A stretch of 55,849 bases of DNA, counting the filler, from Platydemus manokwari (taxonomy: Eukaryota), in the NCBI GenBank assembly GCA_037951405.1. It is 4 parts of 4 records of this genome, joined end to end, with 100 filler letters (N's around TTAATTAATTAA, not from the genome) between each part and the next. Parts side by side here need not be neighbours in the genome. Positions count along the whole stretch, not along the records: positions 1 to 18,956 come from JBBMOY010155565.1; positions 19,057 to 33,793 come from JBBMOY011403646.1; 2 more parts are not named here. One strand, 5' to 3'. Each line of letters starts with the position of its first letter. The first letter of the stretch is position 1. The notes under the pieces are model-generated. The model worked only from the letters and a program-made list of their open reading frames with translations. It had not been told where the DNA came from and made no database searches. Below, piece after piece: positions 12,702 to 25,500 of this stretch. The translations under genes and the position numbers were made by a program.

Positions 12702-15085
12702 CAGTGAACGAATGAATATAGCTAAAAATATGAACAAGAGATAAAAGGTGGCATAATTTGTCTAGGAAAAAAGAACAAATAAATGCAGAATTAAATGAAG
12801 AAAATAGCAGCAATACTAATAAATCTCAAAAATATTATTTATTGCCAAATAACAGATTGTCAAGAAATGTGCTATTAATTTATCAATACATTATTAATAT
12901 TTCAAGCCCAAATAATTGCTGCTTAATTGCCATAATTTACAATTAGCAAGTCACCATTATTGATCGCATAATATCAGAGAAATTCGTGTATCATTTAAAT
13001 AGTCAATAATCTGAGAAAAAAATTGTTGTATTTCACCAAGAAAAATTGGGTATATATTGATTCGAAGAAATTATTAGAAAAACATTACCTACATTATTAT
13101 TATATTACTCAATCATTACTTTGTTTTTTATTATCAAGAAATATTAACTGTTCTACTGATTATCTATTTAATTAACTACAAATTTTATCTTTATTCAATT
13201 ATACATTTATTATATAACAAAATATCATTAACGCTAACATCACATCAATGAATTTCTAGTAAATTATTCATATAAAATTTAATCGTGAAAAGTCAGACAA
13301 AACAATTAATCTACTAGTTAAATCAATTGATTACTTTAGAGGAAAAAATTTATATGGGACATTAATTTGATTGAGCTTATTGACCTGCATCAACCAACAG
13401 GGTATTTTGATAAAGAATCTCCGAATTGAATATATACCACATATAATTACTGTTGTCAATGATTGATAGACATGTTAAATAATCATCAATTTTCTAGTTA
13501 TTTGAGATTTTACTCTATTAAACTTGTATGAACAAATGAATGTTGGGATTAGACCGAGATTCTTGAACTACTTAATACATGAGTTGATTATTAATTACTC
13601 CACGACAGACCTGATTTGATGGTTTGAAACCAATTGTAACATTTAACTGATCTATCGCAAATGATCTTGAAATTTATTTTATAAAATTAATTCTGATGAA
13701 AATCTTTCATTTTAATAATCTTTTAAAATTAAAATTGCAGTTTAAATTATTGTAGTTTTTAAAATTTAAAGTTACATTTATTGATTTTAATGAAAGTTAA
13801 AATTATAAAAGTAAAATTATAAATAAAATTTACAATTTGTTTTTCGTTTTATTAAATTATTTGATCGAATTCCGTTATGGCATTCATTAATAAATTATAA
13901 AGGATATATACATTGAGTCTTTCAATTTTTTTATCATTAAGAGTATTTTATAACATCTTAAATAAAATATTTTAAACTTCTTAATCCATAAGTGTTAATT
14001 CATCGTTGTATTGTTTTCGTGTATTTTCTCACTCATCAGCATTCCATGGAGTTTTGAACCTATGATTTCGATCGTCAATATATTTAAATTCTAACTAACG
14101 AACTGATTGGGCACAATTTCTCGTGATTCATTCATTAATTATTTACACACCATAATGATTATCACATGTTTCCAGTGAACATCTCAGACAGATATTGATC
14201 AAGAGGATAATTCGGAAAATCATTCACAGAATTTTATTTTATTTCTATAAATAAGTCATTGAATGAAGTTACTGGCATTAATTCATCTTGAAATATAATA
14301 AGATCAATATTTTAATAAACAATACGCCATTGTTTACTTTAATATCGTTTTGGCAAATACGTTCCTCCTGATGATTAGTGCGTGATGGCTAAATTTCATT
14401 TGCAAGATTATTACGTAATGATCAGGTTTCATAGATCTTATCAACCCTTAACCTGCATCAACATGTATCATCAACAGTGCACTACAACATTATTATTTTT
14501 CATGATTATAAATTCCATTAATTTATTGTATTCATGATTGATGTACGCCAACTGCCATAATATATAATCAACATCTAATCTAAATTATTGCAGCCATAAT
14601 TGACGAGCAGTCATTGCCATTCCATGTTTATTAGTGCGAGACTAATAATTGAAGAATCTTTTATTTAATTATAAAAAAAGTGACTTGATTTAACAGATAT
14701 TTGAAATATTTAATTGGCATTTTCATCATGAATCGAATGATTATTGCTTTATAATCAATATCAGGTCATCAAGATTTGTCAGGGACGCCAAGGTTAACTC
14801 TAAATATGAACCTATTCGCAAATAAAAATAAATAAACAATCATTATTCAATTCAGAATTCCCGAATTTATTATTATATGGCAGTAAAAGTTTTATGAAAT
14901 TAATTAGAAATAGAAATAATTATCAATAATGACAATAATAATTATTATTTCAATATTATCAATAATATATAATAATATAATGGACATAATAATTAATAAT
15001 ATATAAGAAATATTAAAATGATTGTTATAAAAATGTAGTTATAATTAAAAAATTAATAATAATTAGTATGCAGAGAATATAAATA

Positions 15086-15277
15086 NNNNNNNNNNNNNNN
15101 NNNNNNNNNNNNNNNNNNNNNNNNNNNNNNNNNNNNNNNNNNNNNNNNNNNNNNNNNNNNNNNNNNNNNNNNNNNNNNNNNNNNNNNNNNNNNNNNNNNN
15201 NNNNNNNNNNNNNNNNNNNNNNNNNNNNNNNNNNNNNNNNNNNNNNNNNNNNNNNNNNNNNNNNNNNNNNNNNNNNN
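15086..15277. other. Assembly gap (N run)
   Basis: 192 N. Confidence 1.
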
Positions 15278-16515
15278 TAATTTTTTGAAATAATGTCTAA
15301 ATTTAAAAGTGTTGTGACTATTCATTAATATATCAAACATAATAGTTACTTGGTGGTAAATAAATCCAGGTTAATACTCCTGAGACACCTGATCATATGT
15401 TATCACATGTAAATCATTTATATCATCATCAGACCACAGTTAGTCCTGATTGAGTAAGTATATCATCATTTGCATATATTCTTTGATTAACGAATGAGAG
15501 ATAAGTTTTTAAAATATACTTCATTATTAATCAAAACAGTAGTTTCCAATGGAATATTTTAGTGTTTTTCAGTGGTTTTGAGAGTATGATATCTTTCACA
15601 ACCATCTACTCCATCACAGAATACCATGTCATATTTTTAAAATGGCACATAAATAATATTCGTCAATATGTTGAAATTATAGAAATTCATAATTTTAATT
15701 TTATTTCTTTTGAAGTACAATTACATCTAACCATCAAATATTTAGGGATGTCTACTTGGTAAGAACACTCTGGAAAAGCGACATTTGATAATAGCATGGA
15801 TGATAATGTCATTTCTGGCTTTAGTTTAGTTATCCATTTCTTTGAACCAAGACAAGTAACCTAAATTACTTTTGGAAAAATCACTTTTTGAAGATGCAGT
15901 CACCTATTTGTTGATGTGTCACCATGGAGTCTAGTTCAACACAAGTTGTTTGTTGTCTCTTCAATCTACGCTAGAGGAGCCAATAGTTTCTATTGAAGTT
16001 TGATCGAAATCCACTGAAACATTATAAGGCAAACATTATCGTAGATTCCGCATTTGCATTGAAAGATTAAAATCTAAATCGACAATAATTATCTGTTATG
16101 TGCCTCTTTTTGATGGCTCCAAATAAAACAAAATAAGTCTTGTAAATCAATATTATTCTCACAGTAATTCATAACGAATAATGAATAATATGTCTGTCTT
16201 GGCTTAAGTATAGCATTTGATGTTAAAAATATAAATTATCTGTAGACAATAAATCAATAAATCAAGGTCATTCATTTTTATCTCAAATACAAAGCTTTTA
16301 TGAAATAATATATTATTCAGAAGTCAATCCAAAAATATTATATTTCTGGACATGAGTTATTAGTTTGAAATATCATGGTCTGAATAAATGCCAATCAGAC
16401 CGAAATGTCAAACAATCTCCATCATCGCTGCAACTTCGACTTTGACCAACGATATCTTATTAATCAAATTTTAGTATAAAACAAACGAGTTTTTTTATTG
16501 AGGTTAATACTGACA

Positions 16516-17902
16516 ATGTGTGGTATTTGGGCTATTATGGGGTATGAGGGTGATGCCTTGACTCTGACAAACTTTTTCCAAAATATCGCTGGAAGAGGAC
16601 CGGACTGTTTTCGAATTGAGAGCATTAACCACTTCAAAGATTGCTGTTTGGGATTCCATCGATTGGCAATCGTTGGAAACATCGATGGAATGCAACCGAT
16701 TAGGACTAGAGAAAATCCTAGCGTCTCATTGATTTGCAATGGAGAAATTTATAATTATAAAACTGTAAGACGATTTCATTTGCAGAATTATTTTACCTAA
16801 ACCATATTTTATTGGATCAGAATTTGAATAAAAAAATATTTTTATGATTTTCAATCAATCGGTAAAATTAGAATTGAAAGCCGATTTGGAAATAATGATT
16901 TATTTGAGATTTTATATTAATCATTAAAACAAAACAATAAAATACAAACTATTTTTGATTATCAAATATTTTTTAATAATATTGTAATATAATAATTTAA
17001 GATTAAAGAGGATGAAAATAAAACCTTAATAAAAAGCTTTTAAAAATGATATATTATATTTATATTCTAATTCTGATCGAATTAATTTAAACAACAAAGT
17101 CAGTGATAATTTAAATTATAATTAAAATTTAACTGAAAAAATTATGTTTTGAAGATCATTGAAGAACAGAAATTGGAAGTGATTATATACAGTGACATCG
17201 AAGTTTTACCATATCTCTATGAAAAATTTGGACCAATAGGAATGGCTCAACAGTTGGACGGAGTTTTCGCTTGTTGTATTTTAGATACCAAGAAGAAAAA
17301 GATATTTCTAATTCGAGACCGACATGGGGTTCGACCTTTGAAATATTTTCTTACATCCAAAGGTATACTTGGTGTATGTTCGGAAGCAAAAGGTTGACTA
17401 TAAGCTTAAACAATCATCGTCAATTTTCATTATGATTAATTTTAGGATTAGTCGATATTATTCCAAATATTCTACATGAAGATAATCTACAAATTCATAT
17501 TCTCAAACCAGGCACCGTTTTGGAATTCGATTTACAACCAAACGGTACCGTTGATTTGAATTTCAAAGAGCATTTTTTCGCTAAAATTGGAATTCAGCCT
17601 CTATATTATCAGGCGATTATGCCAGATACGAATTTAAACAACTATGAGAATATTCGACGCCTATTGAAATCTGCGGTTTTCAAGCGTCTGCAATCAGACA
17701 GGCGAATAGGTTGCTTGCTATCGGGTAAAGTGAAATATAAATGATTTTATAAATATTGATGCTATAAACAGGAGGTTTGGATTCCAGTTTGATTGCAGGG
17801 CTATTGGTACAATGTATGAAAGAAGCAAATTTAGAATATAAACTTCAAACGTTTTCTATTGGAATGGGCGACGACGGTCTTGATATTCTAGCGGCTAGAA
17901 AA
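16516..17902 (+). CDS. ASNS: Glutamine-hydrolysing asparagine synthetase, 5' part (4 exons; 3' part absent)
   Basis: Exons 16516-16764, 17155-17392, 17446-17724, 17772-17902. N-terminal nucleophile [45 protein letters not shown], and the PP-loop [12 protein letters not shown] split by an intron. The last exon ends AARK|gtaaga; no later exons were found. Confidence 0.93.
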
Positions 17903-18229
17903 GTAAGAAAATGTTATAATTCTTTATCAAAGTGGCCATATAACAGTGATTTTAAGAATCTCAATTTCCAAATTTCATCAACTACATTTTAAATAAAATA
18001 ATAATAGAATCATTTAATCTGGAAAATTCAGGAATTTTGTTGAGATAGCATTTGTTGAATATCTTCAATTCTAATTTTTTTAAGATTTTGGAAGAAATAA
18101 AGAAAAAGTAATTTAGAAAATTATTATTGTCGAAGTTGAAATTAATTAAGCATTTGACAATTACCTTTATGCAAATATAAAATTAAAATTTTAAAGGTAA
18201 ATACTAAACAATAAAACCCAAGCAATTAA

Positions 18230-18690
18230 GGTTAAGTCATTAAATCGAGTCCCAGATAAGCTCGCTTCACGTATTCTTAGCTTTGAGGATTTTCTTCTTC
18301 ATTTTTTCTTTTCAAACTATTTTCTTGATTTCAACTATTGAGTATACCTTGCACCAATCATTAGCCAGGGTGTCTTCTTTGATTCACTTAATCCCATATG
18401 CAGCTCTTTCTTTTCTTCGTCCAACTTACCTTTGGAGGTTGTTTGGTCTTGGAAATATTTCCATTGTTTGCAACTTGCCTTTATGCTCACCATAATGTAG
18501 TCTATTTTGTTCAATTTTTCCTTATTAAATCCTAGTTAATTTAGGATAGTGTTATTCTGTGAGGTCCATGTTCCAAGTACACCTCTGATCAATATGTATA
18601 GCTTGAATATCTAGTTGGGACTTGATTTATTTGAGATATACCAGTGTTTCGACTTAATGTTTTTTTCGATGCTTAGTTGATTGTGTACCA
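18230..18690 (-). mobile_element. Possible 3' end of an RLE-clade non-LTR retrotransposon inside the ASNS intron
   Basis: Minus-strand reading ILIRGVLGTWTSQNN, then SCKQWKYF, resembles the G-LG-W--N ... S--W C-terminal motif of R2/NeSL endonucleases. Decayed. Confidence 0.4.
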
Positions 18691-18956
18691 ATTATTATGT
18701 CATTTAATTGAATAAGAACCAATTATAACATATTTATAATATAATGCCAATGGTATTTATTTAATTAAGATTGCAAGTTGCGAGTTTAAATTTATAGTTA
18801 ACGTTAATATTTTTAATGTTTCAATAGTTTAATTTATCTAATCAATTTTTACTTTATTTACTACGGATAAAATAATTAAGTATAAAATAATTATCAATCT
18901 TAACAATAATTTAGCTTAAGGTTTTCATAAAGTTGTTCATAATGAATATCATTTAT

Positions 18957-19056
18957 NNNNNNNNNNNNNNNNNNNNNNNNNNNNNNNNNNNNNNNNNNNN
19001 TTAATTAATTAANNNNNNNNNNNNNNNNNNNNNNNNNNNNNNNNNNNNNNNNNNNN
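18957..19056. other. Scaffold gap with artificial TTAATTAATTAA spacer
   Basis: 44 N + TTAATTAATTAA (19001-19012) + 44 N. Confidence 0.98.
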
Positions 19057-20872
19057 AATCAATATTTATCGAATATTAAAATAAAATCGTTCTCGATAAG
19101 GAGCGTATTGTTAATGTTTTATGATAACGAAACAGCACGAATCGATAATGATTGAAATATCGAGACTTCAATATTATAATTTATAAGTAGTTTATTTCTT
19201 GTAAATATTTTTTCTTAAAATTATCATTATTACTATTTATTATTATTATTATTATTATTATTTCTCTAATTATCATTTTAATCATTATCCAATAATTGAT
19301 ATTTCCAGAAATCGAATGAGAAAAACAAATCTGAAATAACAGCTGCTAATAATCGAGTAGAATGTCGCGAATCGCCGGCAAGTAAGTCTAGAGAATCTCC
19401 ATTGCATTGGCATTACTTAATCTATATTAGGACAAGATATAAATAAAAAGTGGTATGAATCTTCACAAATTCCTTATATGGATGAAGAATCATATCAATC
19501 AAATTCGTATAATTCCACAAGTAATTGATCAAACAATCATTTCGACTAACATCCTCGAATTTCAATTTATCGACTCTGGCAATGACAAATAGAAATTATT
19601 ATCTATTTTTATACCACTTATTATTGACAGTAGATGCTACAATAAATTTTATTTCCATTCAATTTATATATATATCAAATAGAAGTTTCTTATGAAATTT
19701 TCGAATTAAAGAAAAATGTATTTTCGAATTTTTTTTCATGAATAAAATTATTGTTTGTCTATTAGTTAAGCCGAATTATTTTTCAACAGAAGACAAGGGC
19801 AAATGTAAGAAAATTATCAATGAGAATATTAATGTTTTGATATGATTAATGTTTTTGATAAATGCTTTTCAGATGGATTTTTCAAAAATCAATAATTTGG
19901 TGTTTATTCGACTATTTTATTGCGATTTAGTTTTTTTTATGTTTCAGAGGGTAAAATCCTTAATATGCCAACAAAAAAAAATCAATATTAAACCTGTTTT
20001 AAATACCTCTTAACCCAAGGTGGGGTAATTAACCCAGAATAATACCGGCTCTACACTTTAATTTTATTAGAGAATCCAAAGGTTTTCTAGTATAGATATG
20101 GATTCCAACTGTTCCTACAGGCATAAACTAGACATTTACAGACAAATTTTTGTTACGAAAGCACTGGCGTCTTCAATCATTAAAGTTGACCGTAATTGTT
20201 TTGACGGTGAATACCATTTGTTGAATGAAGAATATTTCGATAATGTGTTCGGTTTTGATCGTTTTTATCAAATGACAGAACGAAATCTCCATTGCTCACA
20301 GCTTGATTCGATATTAGATTTAATGAAATAATGTTCTACTAATCTCTCATGCCATCATAATTTTGGGAAAATATTCACAGAAATTTATATCGATTAGTGT
20401 GTCAATGGATGATATTAATTCCACTTAGCAGTTCAATTAAATGAAAAAAATTACAAGCCAAAAGACTTAATTAATATCTAAAATGCACACCGATTGAGAA
20501 ATATAAGCCGAATATAATAAAGATTATTATCGATTAATAATATTGATTTCAAATATTTAAGGTCACACTGATTCAAAATATTAATTACCTAATAAATACT
20601 TGACGACTATTCGGCTGTAAATTAAATTACTTTAAATAAATAAACTAATTAACGCTAATAATCACCAAACCACTCTCAACAATCGGAAATATCGATTTGT
20701 AAAAAAATCAATCCAAATTGGGTTAAATAAAATAAATTAAATTAATTAAAACAAAATATTAATTAATAAATAATTAAAATAAGCATTATATGAAAGCATC
20801 ATCAAGTAAAACGCAACCAATGAAATTCGCCATTCGACAAGACAACAGAAACCTCGTGAGATTTGATTGCCG

Positions 20873-21960
20873 ATACTACTTTACAAAACACGCACTGGAA
20901 ATGAACTGAAAAGTCACGACACCAAATTATATATTTAAATAATATAAACAATAATATAAGCAAAGTAAATATAATTTTATATAAAATTTGAATTAAATCT
21001 TTGATTTGCTTAAAAATTCTCACATCGCATTTCCTTGAAAAATCTTAAATGTTATTTGTATTCTTAATTGATTTTGTATCGAAAACTCTACATATTTCTC
21101 TACATACAAATCTTTATTTATTCTATCTTCTTTTTATATTCTCGGTATACTATCAATATCTTCCACCTTCTTTTCCATAATTTTCAGTCATTGATCTTCT
21201 CAGAATCAAATCTAAATAAGTGGCCACCAAGTAAGCACCTACTATTTTATAAAACACGCTTTGAAACACGCATTGAAAACGAACTAAAAAGTCACGACAC
21301 CAAATCATATATTTAAATTAATATAATTTTATATAAAATCTGAATTAAATCTTTAAAAAAAATTAATTAATTGAAAAATTCTCACAAAAATTACGTTTTA
21401 TTTTGTAATATTTTACGTGGTGAATGAGTGATAAAGGATATCATAAACCAGAGTGCACACCATCAGTATTAAGTAACGTATTCGTTGTTTAACTGAAATT
21501 AGATGCAATGGTAACTTGGTAGAATAGAGAATTATATTACTCATGCTGGTATCTTCAAACGTTTCAGAATTAGAATCTATTTTAACTCACACAACTTATT
21601 GACTAATTTATATCGAGTTATGATCCTGTGTTCTACAGATATGATATCATATCAATACATTTCAGAAGTTCATTTTATTAATTTGCACAGTGACACACAA
21701 AAAATTAGAGCGAGTTAAACAACGAAATTATTATATTCATAAAATTTCAAAAATCTCAATTGAATAGGACAGTTATTGTTTACAAATATTCCACTCTAAG
21801 AAATAAGACATCCAATAATGATTGTCATCAAAATAGCATGTGTAAACCACTACTATTTTATAAAGGACGCATCGAAAACGAAGTGAAAAGTCACGATATC
21901 AAATTATATATGAGAACACAATTATTTAAACAAAATGATATAATTTTATATCAAATTAAA
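20873..21960 (+). repeat. Three dispersed direct copies of a ~70-150 bp motif
   Basis: ctact..tttataaaacacgc...gaaaacgaact.aaaagtcacgacaccaaattatatat recurs at ~20876, ~21238 and ~21850. Confidence 0.85.
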
Positions 21961-22514
21961 TTTTACCTAAAATCATATTTCATACAAATTTAAATTCTAT
22001 ACAAAATTAAATTTTCGAAAATTTAATTTAATTTTAAAATTCTCCCAGTATCAAATAATAAAAAAAACGATAAAAGAATACAAATTTCGATTTGAAATCC
22101 ACTTCACTGTATCAACGATTGGGTGGATTTTATGTTCATATTTATCAAATGAAAAAAATCCATACCAAGTAATTCTTTATTAATTTAATATACAATCAAA
22201 TATAAGAGATTTCCCATAAAAAATAATATATCATCACATCGTCTTTGTTATCATTGGCCTTATCAATGAGAAAATTTATAATAATAGTTGATAAATAATT
22301 TTATTCGTAATGCTTAGCCAAAGAGGCTGAACTATAATAATAATTATATTATATATCTATGTATATATATATGCATATATATAATCGAAAATTACATTTA
22401 AAATAATCATGTCGTTCAGATTTGCAAGTCAGGTGCACAAGATAATAAAAATAAAGACATGCTAATAATGGTGTTGCTATCATCTGATATACATATTTAT
22501 CACCGCACCGTACA

Positions 22515-25500
22515 TCATGGGTATCCATAGAAATCTAAATATCGAAATGTATTGGCTTGGTGAATGGCTTGAGCCAAATTTTGAGATTTCCGACATTGTC
22601 TCATTGCCAATCGGGTTATTCGGGCCTTTTGTTTCTCTTCTTTTTGTTTCATCTGATGATTTTGTTTCTTCTTTTTAACCCATCTAATGAGGCACAAAAT
22701 CAACAGATAACGATGTCAAATAAATAATTACAAATCAAAAAATATAAAAATATTTATCATTAACTTTTTATTGGGATCAATTTGAGATGAAACAATGCCA
22801 TGTGTATTGAAGCGCAACATGGTAACAATTATATATGTTATGGGATGTCTGGTTCAGATAAAAGCTTTAAATACGTTATATACTACCACCGAGACTCAGA
22901 CCCACGATCCGGGCGCTCTGGAGTGCACCATATGATCTTGAATAATATCATTGTAGATTCAACGTAGAATTTATAAAGATCTTTGTTTATATTGATTGTG
23001 ACAAACCATGGAAACCATAAGTATCAATTATGCTTCATTTATTGGGATACCGCTGATTCCATTAAAGACTGATAAGAAATCAGGGAATCTTTGCCGAATC
23101 TGTTAAAGGTTATTGAAAAACATAACTCAACAGAGAGCCATGCTAATCGAAATGTCTCTAAAGCAGTGATTAACACGAATTACTAAATATTTTATCATCG
23201 CTTCTCTAAGAAAGAAGGCATCATTTATAATTGTAGTCATTTGTAGTCTAATTTTGGCATTGCAGAACACGTTGAATCAATAAATAAAGTGCTGTTGTAT
23301 TGAGAACAACAAAATTAAAAAATGTCTAACAAACAATAATGAAGGCATTACAAAAATTTATAATTTTGGATGTGATAAACAATACGGATAATGACTAATA
23401 ATAGGGATTTATTGGAGAATTACAGAAATCTTACATCTGTGTGTTTCTATGAGGAATCTCTTAAAATAATGATAAAATAGAGCCAAATATCAAAAATAAG
23501 ACAAGACAATAAAACCAACGAACTCTTTAAATGCTTTCTGGCACTCGACATCAGTGTGAACGACAATCGATTCTTTCATTTCTTTTAGTCGATATTGTCG
23601 CAATTTTTCTTCACGACGTTTGTTTTGTTCCCAATTTTTCGATAATTCCTTTTCCTTTTCCATTGCATGTGTCTATATATCAAAAAAAATCGGTAATCAA
23701 TGAAGTATTTTATATCAACAATCATCTCTCACTCTTCGCTCTTCTTTAATTTTTTCTTTTTGCTTTTTCTCTTCTTCTTCTTCCTTTCTTTTCCGTTCGA
23801 GCTCTTCTTTTGATAGTTTAATTTTACTTTGAAGCCATGCCTTAGAGTGAAATTTAATCAATCACATTTTTTATACAAATATTCGTATCAACCATCAATG
23901 GGAATGATAATATTTCGCATGGTTTTCTCATATGATTTTAAATATTGTTATTATAATTACGATTTATGATTATAATAAAATCCAAAAAATCCATTACTGC
24001 AAACCGGTAAAACATCAAAGCAAATCAAATCGACCAATTAAAGAAGAGTTGATATGTATTTATGAATGTGTAATCAAACAATGCATGCATTTTTGGTGGG
24101 TTTTACTTGGAATACAGAATTATCCATCCCGTGGAGTTGTAATTATTCTGATATTTATATTTTTAACAACAAGTATTGCAACGTTAACAGTAATCAAGGT
24201 AATAATAATAATTTTATGAACTGTAAATGTTAATAGCTTTAGAGTAAATAATTGTTTCACATAACCACAGTAACCGAAGTCTCTTTTTTAATCCAATGGA
24301 AAGGGATAAACTTTCAATCGGGCGACATTTCCTGATCTTTCACGACATAATTTATGCGTATATCTTGACACGGTTGAACAAAATAACTAGAAATATTTTG
24401 TTATTTTGATTACCTCCGTTTAGCGGATTTATTTTTAGTAGTTGATAATTACTGGACCCGAACAAATTTCCGGCATTTAATAAAGCCACACACAATCAAC
24501 GAAGAGAAGAAAACGTTTGAAGTATTCATAAATGATTTCGACTAATTACGATAATTAGTTTTGAAAATTCGAAGAAAATAAAGAAAATTATATATTTCTT
24601 CAAACCATTTATTTATATCGAGAATAATATCACAATAGCCAAGTTTTCAGAATAAACAACAATTTTCAAAGAAATTTGGTGCTGTCTAATTCAGTATCTT
24701 AAAATATTTCACTCATTATTTGTAGATATATTGGTAATATATGCGATTTCTTTACCACTGTTTAGCCTGGATGTTGTTAGTAACTGAATCAGTTGAGGAA
24801 AGAAAAAATTGACCAACGCACACACACACACACAAGTCGCCAACGTTTGATAAACTCGGAATACATTGGAAATATTGAATAAAATAAAATTAAATAAACG
24901 AAAAAAATCATTGAAATATTAAATATTAATTATACAAAGGGTGAACGTTTTTATAATTGTTTCAATTTTTTAATTGATTTGATTGAAAAATTATTTCGTT
25001 TAAAATGGAGATGAAGAAAACAATGAAAAGTGTGAGATAACGACATGTCTTTGGCACACATAATTGTAATAAAATTTGAATAGTAATTGTAATATTTGGG
25101 AAGACTCAATTCTAAATGGAATCAAGTCATGATGGTATCAAATATTATTCAATTATCAATTAAATTAAAATATTGTTATAGGCATGGACAGTATCCATAG
25201 GGAATAAAGATAAAATATTGTAACAATATGGTAGCTCGTGATCCTATAAAAACTGATACATATATGGGAATTGAAAACGAAGGAAAGCAAAAACAGCTCC
25301 CAGTCATTTAAATGAAATAAAAATAAATGCTGATTGGATGACTCGATGAAATACGCGGGATATTCCAAACAGATATTAAAATGAGAATTTATATATCAGC
25401 AATTGGGTAGGAAACAGAATAATATGATGGGAACACAGTACGATCTTTGCGTCGACATCAATTTCGATTTCAGGTTAAAAGAATTTCGAGTGAAACATAA

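Noticed and set aside
15053-15340. 95-aa ORF
   Set aside because: It consists mostly of the N gap.
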